A DNA stretch of 64,000 bases from Camelus dromedarius (Eukaryota): the NCBI RefSeq assembly GCF_036321535.1, contig NC_087437.1, forward strand, positions 33,048,001-33,112,000. The letters are read 5' to 3'. Numbering within the stretch: the stretch's first letter is position 1; each line of letters starts with the position of its first letter. The notes beneath the pieces are model-generated. The model made no database searches. It was not told the origin of the DNA and was given only the letters and a program-made list of their open reading frames with translations. This document shows, in pieces, positions 26,290 to 39,202 of the stretch. Made by a program: the position numbers and the translations under genes.

Positions 26290-27330
26290 TGGACAGTTTT
26301 TAGTGAGACAAGTAATGAATGGGGGGACAAAAGCAGCTATAACACAGTTATCAGTAAAATGATAAGGGAGTTGAGCATGCTGTGGGAGCACAGATAGAAA
26401 AAAGCCCAGACCTTCTGCGATGGTGGGTAGAGGTCAATTAGAGAAGACTTTCTGAACCTTGAGGATTAATAGGAATTAGCCAGGAAAAGCAGGGATGGGA
26501 GAAGAGTGCTCAGCATAGAGGAAACAGTTTGTGCAGAGACCTGGAGGCTAGGGAGCTCGAAGATGTTTAGGGTCAGTTAGCCCTACGGTGTGAGTTCAAG
26601 GAGAGAGAGAGATAAGCATAGAGAGGTGACCAGGGACTTCTCTGGGCCCTGCTAAGGACTGTGGGCTCAATCTTAGGAGCAGGGGAAGCAATTGATGAAT
26701 TTTCAATTCAAAATAGTAGAATCAGGTTCTCCTTTTTGAAAGATCATTGTGCCTGCAGGTAGGAAAGCGATTAGCAGGGACAACAGTGGAGGCAGGGAGG
26801 CTAGGAAGCTGTTGAAGGCTTCTAGGAAGTATTAGCTATAGCTTCTACTCTGGGAATAGCTGTGGTGATGAAGAGAAGTAATCTCATTTGAGAGAGAGTT
26901 AAACAGGTGAATGGATAGAACTTGGTGATTTACTGAATTGAGTTGGGTGGATCTGTAGAGAGGGAGAAGGAAAGTATTATGCCTGTTTTTCTGGCATGAA
27001 GAATTAGGTAGGTTGGTAGTTCCCTGGCCACTGAGCTAGGGAACAGAGCACTGATGCAGTGCAGATATGAGGGCAGAGGTGTTCAGAGAGATCATTTCAG
27101 TTTCAGATGTTTTGCATTTTGAGTCATCTGTGGGCTGTCCAGGTGGATTTATCTGGTAAACTGTTGGATATACAGGAGCTAAGCTAGAGAAAATTTGTTC
27201 ATTCATTCAGCAAATATTTATTGAGCCCTCTTGTGTGCCAGGAGTTCTTTTTAAAGTATTGGGAATACAGTAGTGAATAAGACAGAGAAGATAGCCCTTC
27301 TGATTTGACAGTGAATTGAGAAGAGAGAGA
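26290..27330 (-). mobile_element. L2 LINE fragments
   Basis: Purine-rich degenerate L2 sequence. L2 3' terminus ttcattcattcagcaaatatttattgagc at about 27198. Confidence 0.7.
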
Positions 27331-27919
27331 ATACACCCAAACATCTGATCTTTTCCTCCTCCTGCTTCTCCGCCCCTTCCCTACCATCTCTCTTGAATTG
27401 TATCTCTAAAACAGCCCTGATTCTCAACCTACTGTTGAAGTCAAAAATTCAGAGTATTTCCTGAATTGTATTGAGTCTGTGAAATGCAGATTGATTCTAT
27501 TGCAGTCCTCTGAGTCCCATAGATGTATCAGTATCTCCTAAACGTGCCTTTGTGTTCCCTACTGTGCTGAGTGCAGGTTCTAAAGAGAAATTTCCATCTG
27601 TTTTCCCATTGTAACTAACAATAAAAACCCAATAGAATGCAGAGACATAAACAGGCCTTTGCTACGTCTTATATTGAGTCCCAGCGTGGCACACAGCAAA
27701 AGACTCTCCAGAAGGGCTGAAATACCAGCATTGAACAACAGTGCCTTAGAGGATTCAAAAGACTCTTTCTACTTGAGTGGTAGGAATTCCTTGACTCACA
27801 CACTCCTTATAATAGTAGATGATGTGTTGGGTGACACACTAGAACATGTGCTTCATTTTTTGATTTCTGGTAACTGTTCTAGTGATAAAACCTAAAAAGC
27901 AATAGCAGACTTTCTAGAG

Positions 27920-28138
27920 CAGAATTTCTCAGCCTCAATGCTACTACTTTCATGTTGAGCTGGATAATTCTTGTTCTGGGAAACTGTCTTTGCTTCATAA
28001 GATGTCTAGCAGAATCCCTTGCCTCTACCCAGCAGATGCCAGTCACAGACCCTCTTCAGTTGTAACAAACAAAAATGAGTATAATTATTGCCAGATGTCC
28101 CCCTGGGGTCAAAATCACTCTTGGCTAAGAAACCACTG
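27920..28138. mobile_element. MER20 hAT-Charlie element
   Basis: cagaatttctcagcctc...ctggataattctt...atcccttgcctctaccca...ttgccagatgtcccctgggg...gaaaccactg, about 220 bp. Confidence 0.8.
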
Positions 28139-28759
28139 TTGTGGAGGAATTCTTAACTATTCTAAAGGAGCATACCTCATCCTTCGAGGGTGGGCCCTAC
28201 TGAGCCTTCAGTGGTAGGCAGCAAATTCAAGGCCTGTTAATGGAGTGGATCACAGGAGGGCTGGCTACTCCAAGGCAGCTTCTGTCAGCCTTGTGGTATT
28301 GCTGAAGGTGACACTGTTGTCTTATACCCAGGTGTTATTTATTTGCCTGGTGGGGTACCCAGAGGGAAAAAGGAATAATTTGAAAACTAGCCTGTGCTAG
28401 AGCTGTTTCGCCCACAATGCACGACTCAGTATTTAAATATTAACCAAATTATGTTTTGAGCAAGTTGAATGATTGCATGTTGCATGTATATACATGTTTA
28501 TATATACACATATATATATGCCTGTATTTATAGTGTTACAACTTCCTAACCATTTATATGTTGGCTATTTAGGATTTTGTGTATGCTTCAAGTTTTTCTT
28601 TAACAAATTGCTTTCATTGTATTTTCCTTAAATTATCTTTGCCTGGTAGATCCCGGCATGAGGTCCCACAGCAAAAATCAAGAAAACACTTTTCAGCTGT
28701 TGTGGGAAGGTTCATTTGCTTCTTTCGTAGTTAATAATGTACTTCCTAATATCCTGTAG

Positions 28760-28843
28760 CGTCCAGATGTCAACCCTTTTCAGGCAATGGACCGAATGAT
28801 GTTAAATATGCGAAACAGTATGCAGGAATTACAAAGAAACTTT
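28760..28843 (+). CDS. MLF1: MLF1 coding exon (84 nt)
   Basis: atcctgtag| RPDVNPFQAMDRMMLNMRNSMQELQRNF |gtaagt. Confidence 0.95.
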
Positions 28844-28900
28844 GTAAGTACTAAAAAACTGATGAGAACGTTGTTTTCAGTTATTGGTAACCCTATATTA

Positions 28901-29133
28901 TAGTGGCTTTCAACCGTCTTCTAACCCTGGTCACAGTGATTGAAAAATACATCTTACATCATGACAGTACTTGTGTACTATTTATATTGTATACCTGAAA
29001 TAAAAGTTTCATGAGAAAATGATCATACTATTTACAGATTGTGCTGATAGAATTTTCTATTTTATTTCACATTTTAAAAATTCTGGTCAGATGATCTCAA
29101 AATGATCTCACAACCTACAAGTCTGAAAAATAG
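28901..29133. mobile_element. hAT-Charlie relic (MER112-like)
   Basis: tagtggctttcaacc...aatacatcttacatcatga...ctgaaataaaagtttcatga...tctgaaaaata. Family assignment from memory. Confidence 0.5.
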
Positions 29134-29927
29134 TATTAATTAAATTTTCAAAATAAAAAAATTCAACCTCAGAAACATTTATCCTACTGAAGGTCACTAT
29201 TGTAAATGAAAATTTTATATGAATTTAGATTTTCAAAAATTATATATAACTTGTCTACTTAAGAAGATTTGTAGCACCTAAGAGATTAATTAACTTTTAG
29301 TCTTTTGAAAAATAGAAATCTCAGGAATGATGTTTAGGCACTGGATTAGATTCATACGGTCTAAATACTTACAAACTAGTACTCATACTCTTACTTTTCT
29401 ACTCATATTAATCAAAATAATAACTTGATTTAGCATGAAGACCACCCATATTATTTTAGTCATCCAGTTTGAAATCTGAGGTTCATTTCAGAATGTTCAA
29501 ATCCAGGGCATTATTAATGATTTTAGAAATGTAGCGATCGGTACCCACAGAAGGTGTAAAACTTCTTGGCATAAGGCTGATTGGCTCACGGTTGGCAAAA
29601 TTGCACACACAGTCAACCGCTGACTGTAAAAGTATCACATGCTTCAGGGCACAGCATCTATAAGTTTAACCATGAGTCTTTGATCTCAAAAATTTGAGGG
29701 TTTCTGAGTGAATCACTTGTTTATTCCTTACGAGGAGAGTGGGAACTGTTAAATATGGAAGGAAGTTAGGACCTTTCTAGGGGTACCTACCATTTGGATA
29801 GATCATACTCATCACTTACAGTATCCTTAGAACTTCTAGTTTGTGTTGTTAATTATTTGAATACTCTGACATTAGTTCTTCGTATTTGACTTAGTTCTCT
29901 GGATTTACAATTTATGTTTGCCCCCAG

Positions 29928-30056
29928 GGTCAGCTTTCAATGGATCCAAATGGGCATTCGTTTAGCTCTTCCTCAGTTATGACATATTCCAAAGTAGGGG
30001 ATGAACCGCCAAAGGTTTTCCAGGCCTCAACTCAAACCCGTAGGGCTCCAGGAGGA
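29928..30056 (+). CDS. MLF1: MLF1 coding exon (129 nt)
   Basis: gcccccag| GQLSMDPNGHSFSSSSVMTYSKVGDEPPKVFQASTQTRRAPGG |gtaagt. Conserved MLF domain. Confidence 0.97.
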
Positions 30057-30616
30057 GTAAGTACTTTCTTGGAACTTTATAAAGTTGTGGGATAATAGAT
30101 CACCTATATCAACTTTTAACTTAAAATTTGACCTGGTCTTGGCCAGGGAAGGGGTGGGGTCGAAGAAAACATGGGTCACTGTGCAAAGCAATAAAGCTAA
30201 CTGTATTTATTTAAGGCATTCTTTGCCTCCCCAAACCCCTCCACCCCTGTCCTGGTGGCTTTTTTCATGTAAATATCTATCAATGTTTACTACCTTCACA
30301 TGTTGACAAGGTAAGTAGATACTAGAAGAAGTCTTTGTTTCATGAAATGAATGTCTACTTTTAATTTATATTTACAGTAAATGAATTTTTAAACTCACAA
30401 TTTTTCAGGTATACATAAAGGATATAGAGAATAATATAAATACCCCAAATTCCTTCCATCCAATTTAGTCAAATCAACACTTTTCTCTATTTACTTTGTC
30501 TCTTACTTTGTTTTCTTTTTAAGCAAAAACGTTGCAGATTCAGTTCAGGTTTCCAAAATGCTCCTCCTTCCTCCTTTTCCTTTTCTGCCTCTGCCAAAGA
30601 GAACCATTTTCTTATA

Positions 30617-30929
30617 CAGGTGTACCTCGTTTACTGGGCTTTGCTTTATTGCACTTTACAGATAAATTGTGTTGTTTACAAACAAGGTTCGTGGCAACCC
30701 TGTGTTGTCAGATGATACCAGTTTTTAGCAATAAAGCATTTTTAAATTAAGGTATGTAATTGCTTTTTTAGACATAATGCTATTGCACACTTAATAACTA
30801 CAGTATATTATAAACATAACTTTTATATGCACTGAGAAACCAAAAAATTTATGTGACTCACTTTATTGCAATTTTTGCTTCATTGCGGTGGTCTAGAAGG
30901 GATCCCACAGTATCGCTGAGGTATGCCTG
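30617..30929. mobile_element. Short Tigger1 deletion derivative (Tigger1a_Art-like)
   Basis: TA-flanked on both sides. TIRs CAGGTGTACCTC and GAGGTATGCCTG. Tigger1 internal motifs gtggcaaccctg and ttttagcaataaag. Confidence 0.85.
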
Positions 30930-32001
30930 TATCTGGAATTTATCATTCTCATGCATACTTTTTGTAATCTTATTAGTTATATATGCTTCATATGCAGTAT
31001 AGTGACTTATTTTACAGGTTTCTAAACTTCACGTAAATGGTTTCATATTGCATGTGTCCTTTGCAACATGACTTTGCTCAGTAATTGCTTCTGAGATTTA
31101 TTCAAGTTGATATGTGTAACTCTGGTTTCTTTATTTTAATTTCTGTATAGTGTCTGAAATATGAATATACCACACTTTTAAAATCCATTTTTCTATTAAT
31201 AGATGTATAGGTGTTTCTAATTTTTCACTTACTCATCTTGATACCTGTCTCCTTGTGCAGAGGGGCTAGGAATGGTATTGTTGAGTTGGAGGAGGCATGT
31301 GTCTTCATCCTTACCTAGAAATTACCAAGTTGATTGAAACAAATGGCTCCCACAGACTTTGGAATGAGAGTTCCCATTTCTCCACTTCCTTGTTAGTACT
31401 TATAGTAAAGAAAGTTTGGGATTGCCTGTCTAATGGGTGTAAGTAGTTCATTTTTCAGTTCTTACCTGTAAAGACATACCTTTTAATGATACTCTTGCCA
31501 TAGTACAGCAAAGACTTTTAAATTTTAACTTGCTATAAGTGACATACATCTTAAATGAAAAGAGAATGCAATTGTCGATGTCCCACAGCAAACCATGTTA
31601 ACAGTCCTTGGCTTTCATAAATATTCTAATTGATAGGGTCATTAGGTAGGAGTCATGAGATTCAAGCCCACCAACATGAAGTCGCCCTTGCTTGTAGGAA
31701 TGCTAGTATGTACTCCCATCTATTAATTGTCAAGGACAGTGTTGAAGGCATTGTTTTATAAAATTAAATTATTCTTTCTTTTAATAATTGTATTGGTTCT
31801 ATTTGTCCTGGACATTTTAATTTAAAGCAGTTCAGGAAATATCAGAGACAGGTTGGTAGTGGAACTGAGTACCTATTATTTTTAGAGCATTGGATCTATG
31901 GTCTTACGTCTGTAGGTAAATAGGTTCTGAGGAGTTTGGAAGTATATCCATTCTATATTTATTTAAATAATGACCAATTTTTATTTTCTTCATTTTCACA
32001 G

Positions 32002-32161
32002 ATAAAGGAAACTAGGAGATCACTGAGAGATTCTGAAAGTGGATTAGAAAAAATGGCTGTTGGTCATCATCTCCAAGACCGAGCTCATGTCATTAAAAAG
32101 TCAAAGAACAACAGGACCGGAGACGAAGAGGTCAATCAAGAGTTCATCAATATGAATGAAA
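32002..32161 (+). CDS. MLF1: MLF1 coding exon (160 nt)
   Basis: ttttcacag| IKETRRSLRDSESGLEKMAVGHHLQDRAHVIKKSKNNRTGDEEVNQEFINMNE(S) |gtaagt. Confidence 0.97.
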
Positions 32162-33102
32162 GTAAGTTATCACAGAAAATAGCATTCTTTCTCTGAAAGT
32201 TAAAATAGCAGCTGTACTAGTAGAACTTGGTGAATATTTTTATAGAAATATTTCATATGATATCATTTCAGGCAGTTTATGAATATATAGGAAATATGCT
32301 ATCAAAGCAGTAATAAAATTGTGGTTTCATTGTAGATCCATTTTTTATTGTGATTGTTGTTGAGTATCATTTACTTTTTGTTTTATACTTGGAAATGGAA
32401 TTTTTGAATTGTTTTATAGTAAGGCTGTCAGTAGAAAATAGGAGTTTTTATATATTTTTGATTGTCAAAGAAGTACATTTGAAAAGCTTTAAAAGGTATA
32501 AAGAAAATTAAAATTATCCATAATTCCAACCCCAAATAACTATGATTAATGTTTTAGTGTATTTCTTTCTTATAGTTTTATATGTATATAAACATATTAA
32601 CACACATACTTTTTTTCAAAATTAGTATTTTACTATTGCCATAGTTTATTGTGCTTATTTTAATTCTACACTGTAATTCTGAAGTCACCTATGTATGATG
32701 TTATTTTTCGAAAACATTTGGAATGGTTACCTTATCATAAGTTGGCCATAATTTATTTAAACTATTCTATGTTCTTGGGCACTTAGGCTTTTGTGTAGAT
32801 AAGATTCAAATTTCTGGTATTGTTAAATAGTAAATCATATATGTACCAAGCAAACCTTTCGGTTCCCTAGATTTTATATGCATTCTTCAATGCATTTAAG
32901 TCTTTCTAGTGTCTTCACTCTTCTCATTATAGCTTTCAGGTTATATTCATTTCCAGTTTTTAGGAAGTATTTTGAATAAAAATGTTTTATCATAGTAAAG
33001 GATTTAAATGATTATATCATTTTAGAAAAAAATTATCTTAAGGTTGGAGTTGGATAAAATTATTCTTATGCAATGAGATGGAAGCCACAACATCTTTTTT
33101 TT

Positions 33103-33230
33103 AATTCTATGATACCATTTATATGAAATGTCCAAAAATAGGTAACTCCACAGAGACAGAAAGTAGATTAGTGGTTGCCAAGGGCTGGGGGTAAAAGGAG
33201 AATGGGGAATGACTGCTAATGGGTATGTAG
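33103..33230 (+). mobile_element. L1MB-like 3'UTR fragment (candidate transduced segment)
   Basis: ccatttatatgaaatgtcca...cacagagacagaaagtagattagtggttgccaagggctgggg...gactgctaatgggta. Confidence 0.75.
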
Positions 33231-33763
33231 TTTCTTTCTTTTTATTCATTTTTTTTATTGAAGTACAGTCAGTTACAGTGTGTCAGTTTCTGGTGTACAG
33301 CACAATGTCCCAATCATGCATATACATACCTATATTCGTTTTCATATTCTTTTTCATTCAAGGTAATTACAAGATATTGAACATAGTTCCCTGTGCTGTA
33401 CAGAAGAAACTTTTTAAAAATCTATTTTTATATATAGTGGCCTACATTTATAAATCTCAAACTCCCAAATTTATCCCTTCCCATCCCCTTTCCCCAGTAA
33501 CCATAAGATTCTTTACTATGTCTGAGAGTCTGTTTCTGTTTTGTAGATGAATTCATGGTGTCCTTTTTTTTTCTCTTCAGATTCCACATATGAGTGATAT
33601 CATATGGTATTTTTCCTTCTCTTTCTGGCTTACTTCATTTAGAATTACAATCTCTAGGTCCATCCATGTTGCTGTAAATGGCATTATTTTATTTTTTATG
33701 GCTGAGTAGTAGTCCATTGTATAAATATACCACAATTTCTTCATCCAGTTATCTGTCGATGGG
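33231..33763 (-). mobile_element. 5'-truncated young LINE-1 3' end
   Basis: ORF 33577-33771 (-) is the ORF2p C-terminus (WYIYTMDYYSAIK...SLICGI). T-rich tail at the left end. Confidence 0.92.
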
Positions 33764-34387
33764 AAAGCCACATCTTAATTTTAACCTTTATAATTTGGCC
33801 ATATTTAAATATATACAGAGTAATTCACAATAATTAACATATTGAAGAAAATTTTAGTAAAGTAACACATTATTATATAGGCAATCTGAAAGAATAAGTA
33901 TTATCATTTACCTATTGTTATTATGGAATTTAGATTACCTACTTCATAACAAATAAATTGACCGTTGAGATGAGTAACCTGTCTCAGGAAATTGAAACAG
34001 AAGCTTGTGAGGCCAAGTTATGCTGGGAAATTGTGAGGTGCTGGCCACAGGAGTAGCTTCCTCCAAGTACAAAGGAAAAGCATGATCACTGTGAGATAGA
34101 ATGCAATTGGGTCCTGGGGTCCATTGGATAGAATAATATGATATCCAGGCAGGTGTGTGAAAAACCAGGTCATCAATAACCAAATTATCAACAGAAATAG
34201 GAGATGAACAAATAGAAAGGAAATATTACTCTGAGTCCGAGACCTTCATATTTGAAGCAGTTTCCTGCCTCTACTTTAAGGTTAGGCTGATGGAAACACC
34301 AGGCTAGAATGAAATCTATGGGGAGCAAGGCAGTTACTGACAGCTGGTACCTTCATACTTACCCCTTAATTTTGATATTTAATGTAG

Positions 34388-34526
34388 GTGATGCTCATGC
34401 TTTTGATGAGGAGTGGCAAAATGAGATTTTGAAGTACAAACCGGGGGGACACTGGCGCAATCTAGAAAACTCTAGGATGCGGAGCGTTGGTCACGAGAAT
34501 TCAGGATCCCGAGAGCTTAAAAGAAG
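34388..34526 (+). CDS. MLF1: MLF1 coding exon (139 nt)
   Basis: aatgtag| (S)DAHAFDEEWQNEILKYKPGGHWRNLENSRMRSVGHENSGSRELKR(R) |gtaaaa. Phases consistent. Confidence 0.96.
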
Positions 34527-35647
34527 GTAAAAGTTATCTCTAAAATAAATTGTGTTTTTAAAAGACAAATTAGAAGAAAAGTTATGTCATTTTACTTCTG
34601 TTATCAGGAAATTTTTATTAACATCCAAGTTGTTTGTATCAATAATATCTTTTGTGAAACCTGTAATAATTTTACATTATATCTGAGTTTTCCAGCACCA
34701 ATTTAAATTTGTATTTAAAAACTAATAATATTTTAGGATTATATGACTGGTAACTCACTGGCAAATTATGCTTTAGTCAATAGGAGCTAAAATCCTCCTA
34801 AGGAAAAGTGCTGTACTATGATGTGGTTGTTCTTGTGAAACAGATTTTTCAACTGGATATGACAGGAGTCATACATTCCGTACCAGACAGAGATACTGGT
34901 GCTTAGGGGTATGGTAAGGAGAGAGGGGCTATCTCTAAAAGGCTTAACAAAACTTCCCTAACAAGTCAAAATAGAGTATTTAATGGTAAACACATTTTTG
35001 GACATGTGTATAATGTAAACTAATATCTGTATTATTTTGTTATTAGATATTTTGGAAGAATGTTGCAAAAACTTTAGCCTTCTTTGGAATTACCTTTTGA
35101 AACAGCTGTGACATATAAATGTACTAAAACCACACTTTAAAGATTATAGAGATTTTGACACATTTAGTATATATTCTAGAGTTGCAATTCAATTTGGTTC
35201 TCTGGGGGGAAAATGGAAAACACTATCTAATTCCTATTGAACTTAAACTCGAGAGAGGAAGAGAGGCCTCACCAGGCCTTAAAAGAGAAATCTGTTCTAG
35301 GCTATAAGAGAGTGGAGGATTGCAGCAGAAGGTGGAAGGCTTCCCTGAACCAGCAGTGGACAAGTGGGTACCAAGTAAATCAGAAGCCTTGTGTAGAATT
35401 TCATGTGCTACCATCTTTTATTTTAAAATACTTGTTTAGAAATTTAGAACCCTGATTTGTTTTCTATAGAAAACTTGCTCCCATGCCAATTTTAGATAGT
35501 ATTTGCCTCACTTTGAAAAGTTTTATCGATAAAAACCTAGCGGTGCCAAGTTTGACTGGGAAATCCAGGTCCCAGTTAGAGAAAGCATGCTCTTTATAGA
35601 TGATCTATAAATTTATGGCCCTTTCAGTGGCATTTTCTATAAACCAA

Positions 35648-35862
35648 CACTGTCCAACAGAACTTTCTGAAATGGTTTTTTGCAATGGTGAAAACATTAT
35701 GTATCTGTGCTGCCAGTATGATAGCCACTGGCCTCATGTGGCTATTGAATCACCCTTGAAATGTGACTGATGCAGCTGAGAAACTGAATTTTTAAAATTT
35801 ATTTTATTTTAATTAATTTAAATGTAAATGATGTGGCTACTGGTTACCATGTTGGACAGTAC
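35648..35862. mobile_element. MER3-like hAT-Charlie element
   Basis: cactgtccaacagaactttctg...atgtggctactggttaccatgttggacagt, with inverted ends ctgtccaa / ttggacag. Confidence 0.75.
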
Positions 35863-36073
35863 GGTTAAACGGTAAAGAGTTAAATCTGTCTCAGGAAAGC
35901 AGATGTTGCTGTCTTAAATATTAAGTGAAGTTGTCTGCCATATGTTTTTCAAAGCTACTAAGGAACTTCTAAGATAAAATTCACCTTACAGTACAGTGGT
36001 TTTTATCGTGTTTGTATTGATTTTTTATGACCATTTTAAAAATGATATTAATGTTCACATGTATATTTCTCAG

Positions 36074-36176
36074 GGAGAAACTTCACCAAAGTCCAGCCAT
36101 TGAATATGGAAGATCAAATGCTTTTGTGGACAAACTCAACATCAAAGGATCACCTGTGAAAATCAACAAAAAATAA
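36074..36176 (+). CDS. MLF1: MLF1 last coding exon (103 nt to TAA)
   Basis: tttctcag| (R)EKLHQSPAIEYGRSNAFVDKLNIKGSPVKINKK*. Constitutive exons sum to 810 nt = 269 aa + stop. Confidence 0.95.
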
Positions 36177-36350
36177 ATAGCATTGCACTTGATCTGTTTA
36201 GTTTCCATAGTTTTAACAGAGAAAGTAATGGTGCTGGGTGATACACATAAGACCAATCTCTTGTTGTTGAATTAATACTGTATTTAGCAACTTTCTTCTG
36301 ATGTCTGAATGTTCTTGGAAGTGCTAGCTTTATATTGTCCCTACTTTAGG

Positions 36351-36356
36351 AATAAA
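36351..36356 (+). terminator. MLF1: Probable MLF1 polyadenylation signal
   Basis: AATAAA about 175 nt after the stop. Another AATAAA at 36619-36624. Confidence 0.55.
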
Positions 36357-38214
36357 GCTTTGATTTTCAACAATGCAAGAAGCATTAAACACTCTATATC
36401 ATTTTAAAACATACTAATTTTTAAAGCTCACATGCTGATTTTGCTTTCACAGTTATTTTCCTGTTGCTATGTATCCTATATATTCAATATTGAATGTACA
36501 GCTAGTCTATCATGTAAAATTAGTTATAAGAAGTGAAATGTTAGAAAATTATCTGTTTTTACTAACACTATAAGAGTGATGTTCATAAAGGTGAAAGCTA
36601 GCTTAAAGAATTTTTAAAAATAAAGTGAATCTATACTAGTACTCTTACAAAAAATTACTTTTATAAAGAACACAATAATCAAATAGTTCATTTTCAAAGA
36701 GATTTTAAATTGCTAATATACATGAATTTTCTTCTTATAATTTCTTTTTACTGTGTATTCTTTTTTTGTTCTGTGTTACATTTTTAACATTCATCAGACT
36801 TTACATTGACCTTTGTCTTTAACATCTTAACGTAGAATATTTCTGTTCTCCTTTCCCACAGACAGCTTAATCTATCTCCCCGATTAACATTCTAAAGTTG
36901 GAGTGTCCTTGGAGAAACTCTGCTCAGCCTTTTTGTGACATTTAGAAAAATGCATTTGGTATTCTACAAACCTGAATGATTGATTGTCTCAAAATTTCTT
37001 AGACGGGTGATGTGTGTGTTTGAGCAAGGTACTTAATAATTCAATTGTTCTGTTTTTAATTATACTATTTAAAGATTCAGCTCTTGTTTTTTTTTCATTC
37101 TAGAATTCAAACATTAATCTGTTTTTATAAAGTTAGGTTTGAAATTTCTGAGAATATAAAATCTTAACTCAAGTTTTTGTTGTTTCAAGGGGGAAAAAGA
37201 ACAAAATCCCGTTATCACTCTATAATCCTAATATCTTTCTTTTTAAACTTTGGAAGTAGAATTGGGTGATTGTGCTTCTACTCTTCTAATTTTCTGTATC
37301 ATGTCCTATTAATTGTACCAGTCAGCATTTCATGCCTTTAACTAGTCACTACAATAAGATACATATGTGTCGATTCATTTTTATAATGGAAAATAATTGA
37401 GCATGTATTAGTTAAAGATGTTAAATTTTTCCTCTTATGCATAACTTAGCATACTAATAACATACTAACATATTGGGAAGTTGTCATAAAGGCATACATT
37501 TTAAATAACACTTTTGCATAAATTCACTTGACAGAGAAAAATCCCAGTAGACACTGTAATTCTCCTTTTGCCTAAATTATTACACTGATGGTAACTTGAG
37601 TCATTATATTCAAATATGAAAACATGATTTAATAAATAATTGTACTAAAGACAGTATAACTTCTATGTGTCATATAGCAGTTAGAGAATTCATAGATACT
37701 TTTTTTCATCCCAACTTGTTTACCATAAAAAGCAAATTAAAATTGAATTAAATATATATTTCTTCTTACGCCACAGTGCTTCCTAAGGGGCCACTTATAA
37801 AATATGTGACGTGGATTACATGTCAATTCTTTACATTCACATGATGCTGAAATTGGCTTTTTTCAGAATTTATTTTTATCGTAATTCTGAAGTCAACTTA
37901 ACCAGTATAAAAAAGAAGGCTCTCCGTGCTTTGTGGTTCACATATTATTTTTTCTTTATGGACTGCCACTGATCTTTCTGGAACCCTGGGTCTCTGGGGA
38001 ATGTAAGGATATTAACAGTTCGGTGAATTGTTAAAAATGTTAATATTCTTACATTAACAACAATAAGGCCAAGTTGAATACTTAGGCTCCTTGCTACTTT
38101 AGTGATTTTCCTGGTGACTTTCAGTCTCAGTGATAGGTTTTCATTACTCTACCTTTAAGACTCCTTTAGCTTTTAGTGGCAGGAGCACGCTGGAATCAGA
38201 TGGTCCCAGCCTGA

Positions 38215-38502
38215 GGCAATGTGATGGAGTTAGGAGGTGGGGCCGGGGAGGGGATTGGGTTATGAGGATGGAGCCCTCAGAGCAGGATGAATGCCTTTGT
38301 AAAAGAGACCCCAGAGAGCTCCTGTGCACACGCAGTGAGAAGTTGGCTGCCTACGAACCAGAAAGTGGGACACAACAGACGCTGAATCTCCTGGGGCCTG
38401 GATCTTGGGCTTCCCAACCTCCAGAACTATGTGAAATAAATTTCTATTGTTTAGAAGTCACCCAGTCTGGTATTTTTGCTATAGCAGCCTGAAGGGACTG
38501 AC
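38215..38502 (+). mobile_element. ERVL-MaLR LTR (MLT1A-like)
   Basis: ggaggtggggcc...ggagccctca...aaaagagaccccagagagctc...cctccagaactatgtgaaataaatttctattgttta...tatagcagcctga. Confidence 0.8.
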
Positions 38503-38904
38503 AGTGGTCAGTTCGGAGATCCTACTGAAGTTTGACCTAGACCTACCTCACTGCAGTGAATTAGGACCCTCAATTTGGTGTAAGTATACATATCTGAGAA
38601 ACCTTGAGGTCCCTCTGTCCCTTACTACATGGATTTTGCAGTAACTCTGCATTGTGATGATCTCTTTGGTCCCAGTGTCATTCTTATTATTGTCTCCCAA
38701 AGTAACCAACCACCTGACAAAACTTCAGGAAGAGAGCCTCTCTGTAATTTGTCTAAAGAGACCACTTCGTTTATGTAGAAGTCTGCCCATCTTTTATTTC
38801 CATACTTCAGCGCTTTTTAACTGTATGGCTTATATTTGAACTTTCTTCTCTCCTTGAAGAGGGAAGGTAATTAGACTATTACAGGGATACTTTCATGTTT
38901 GTAT

Positions 38905-39202
38905 TACTAAATTAAAGAATGAGGCCATTAGACTGAGACAGCTTTAATGCCTTAGTAGCTCATGCAAGCAAACCAAAACCTAAGCCTGCAATGCCTCTAG
39001 GTTAAAAACAGCCAACCCGGCGTTCCCACAGCAGGCAGCCCTAGCCGATCAGCTAATCCCCTTGCTTTCCCTCTGCCTCTTCCCTCTGAGTCTCTTCCCA
39101 GCCCCACTTGGTGGAGCGCTCCTTCTTCCTGTTTGGTGCTGCTGATTCAAATTGAGTTTTGCTCAAACTCAAGATTTTCAATGTCTCAGTTTATCTTTTA
39201 AG
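38905..39202 (+). mobile_element. ERV1-type solo LTR (MER34-like)
   Basis: gaggccattagactgag...caagcaaaccaaaacctaa...ttttgctcaaa...ctcagtttatcttttaa. Family assignment from memory. Confidence 0.5.
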
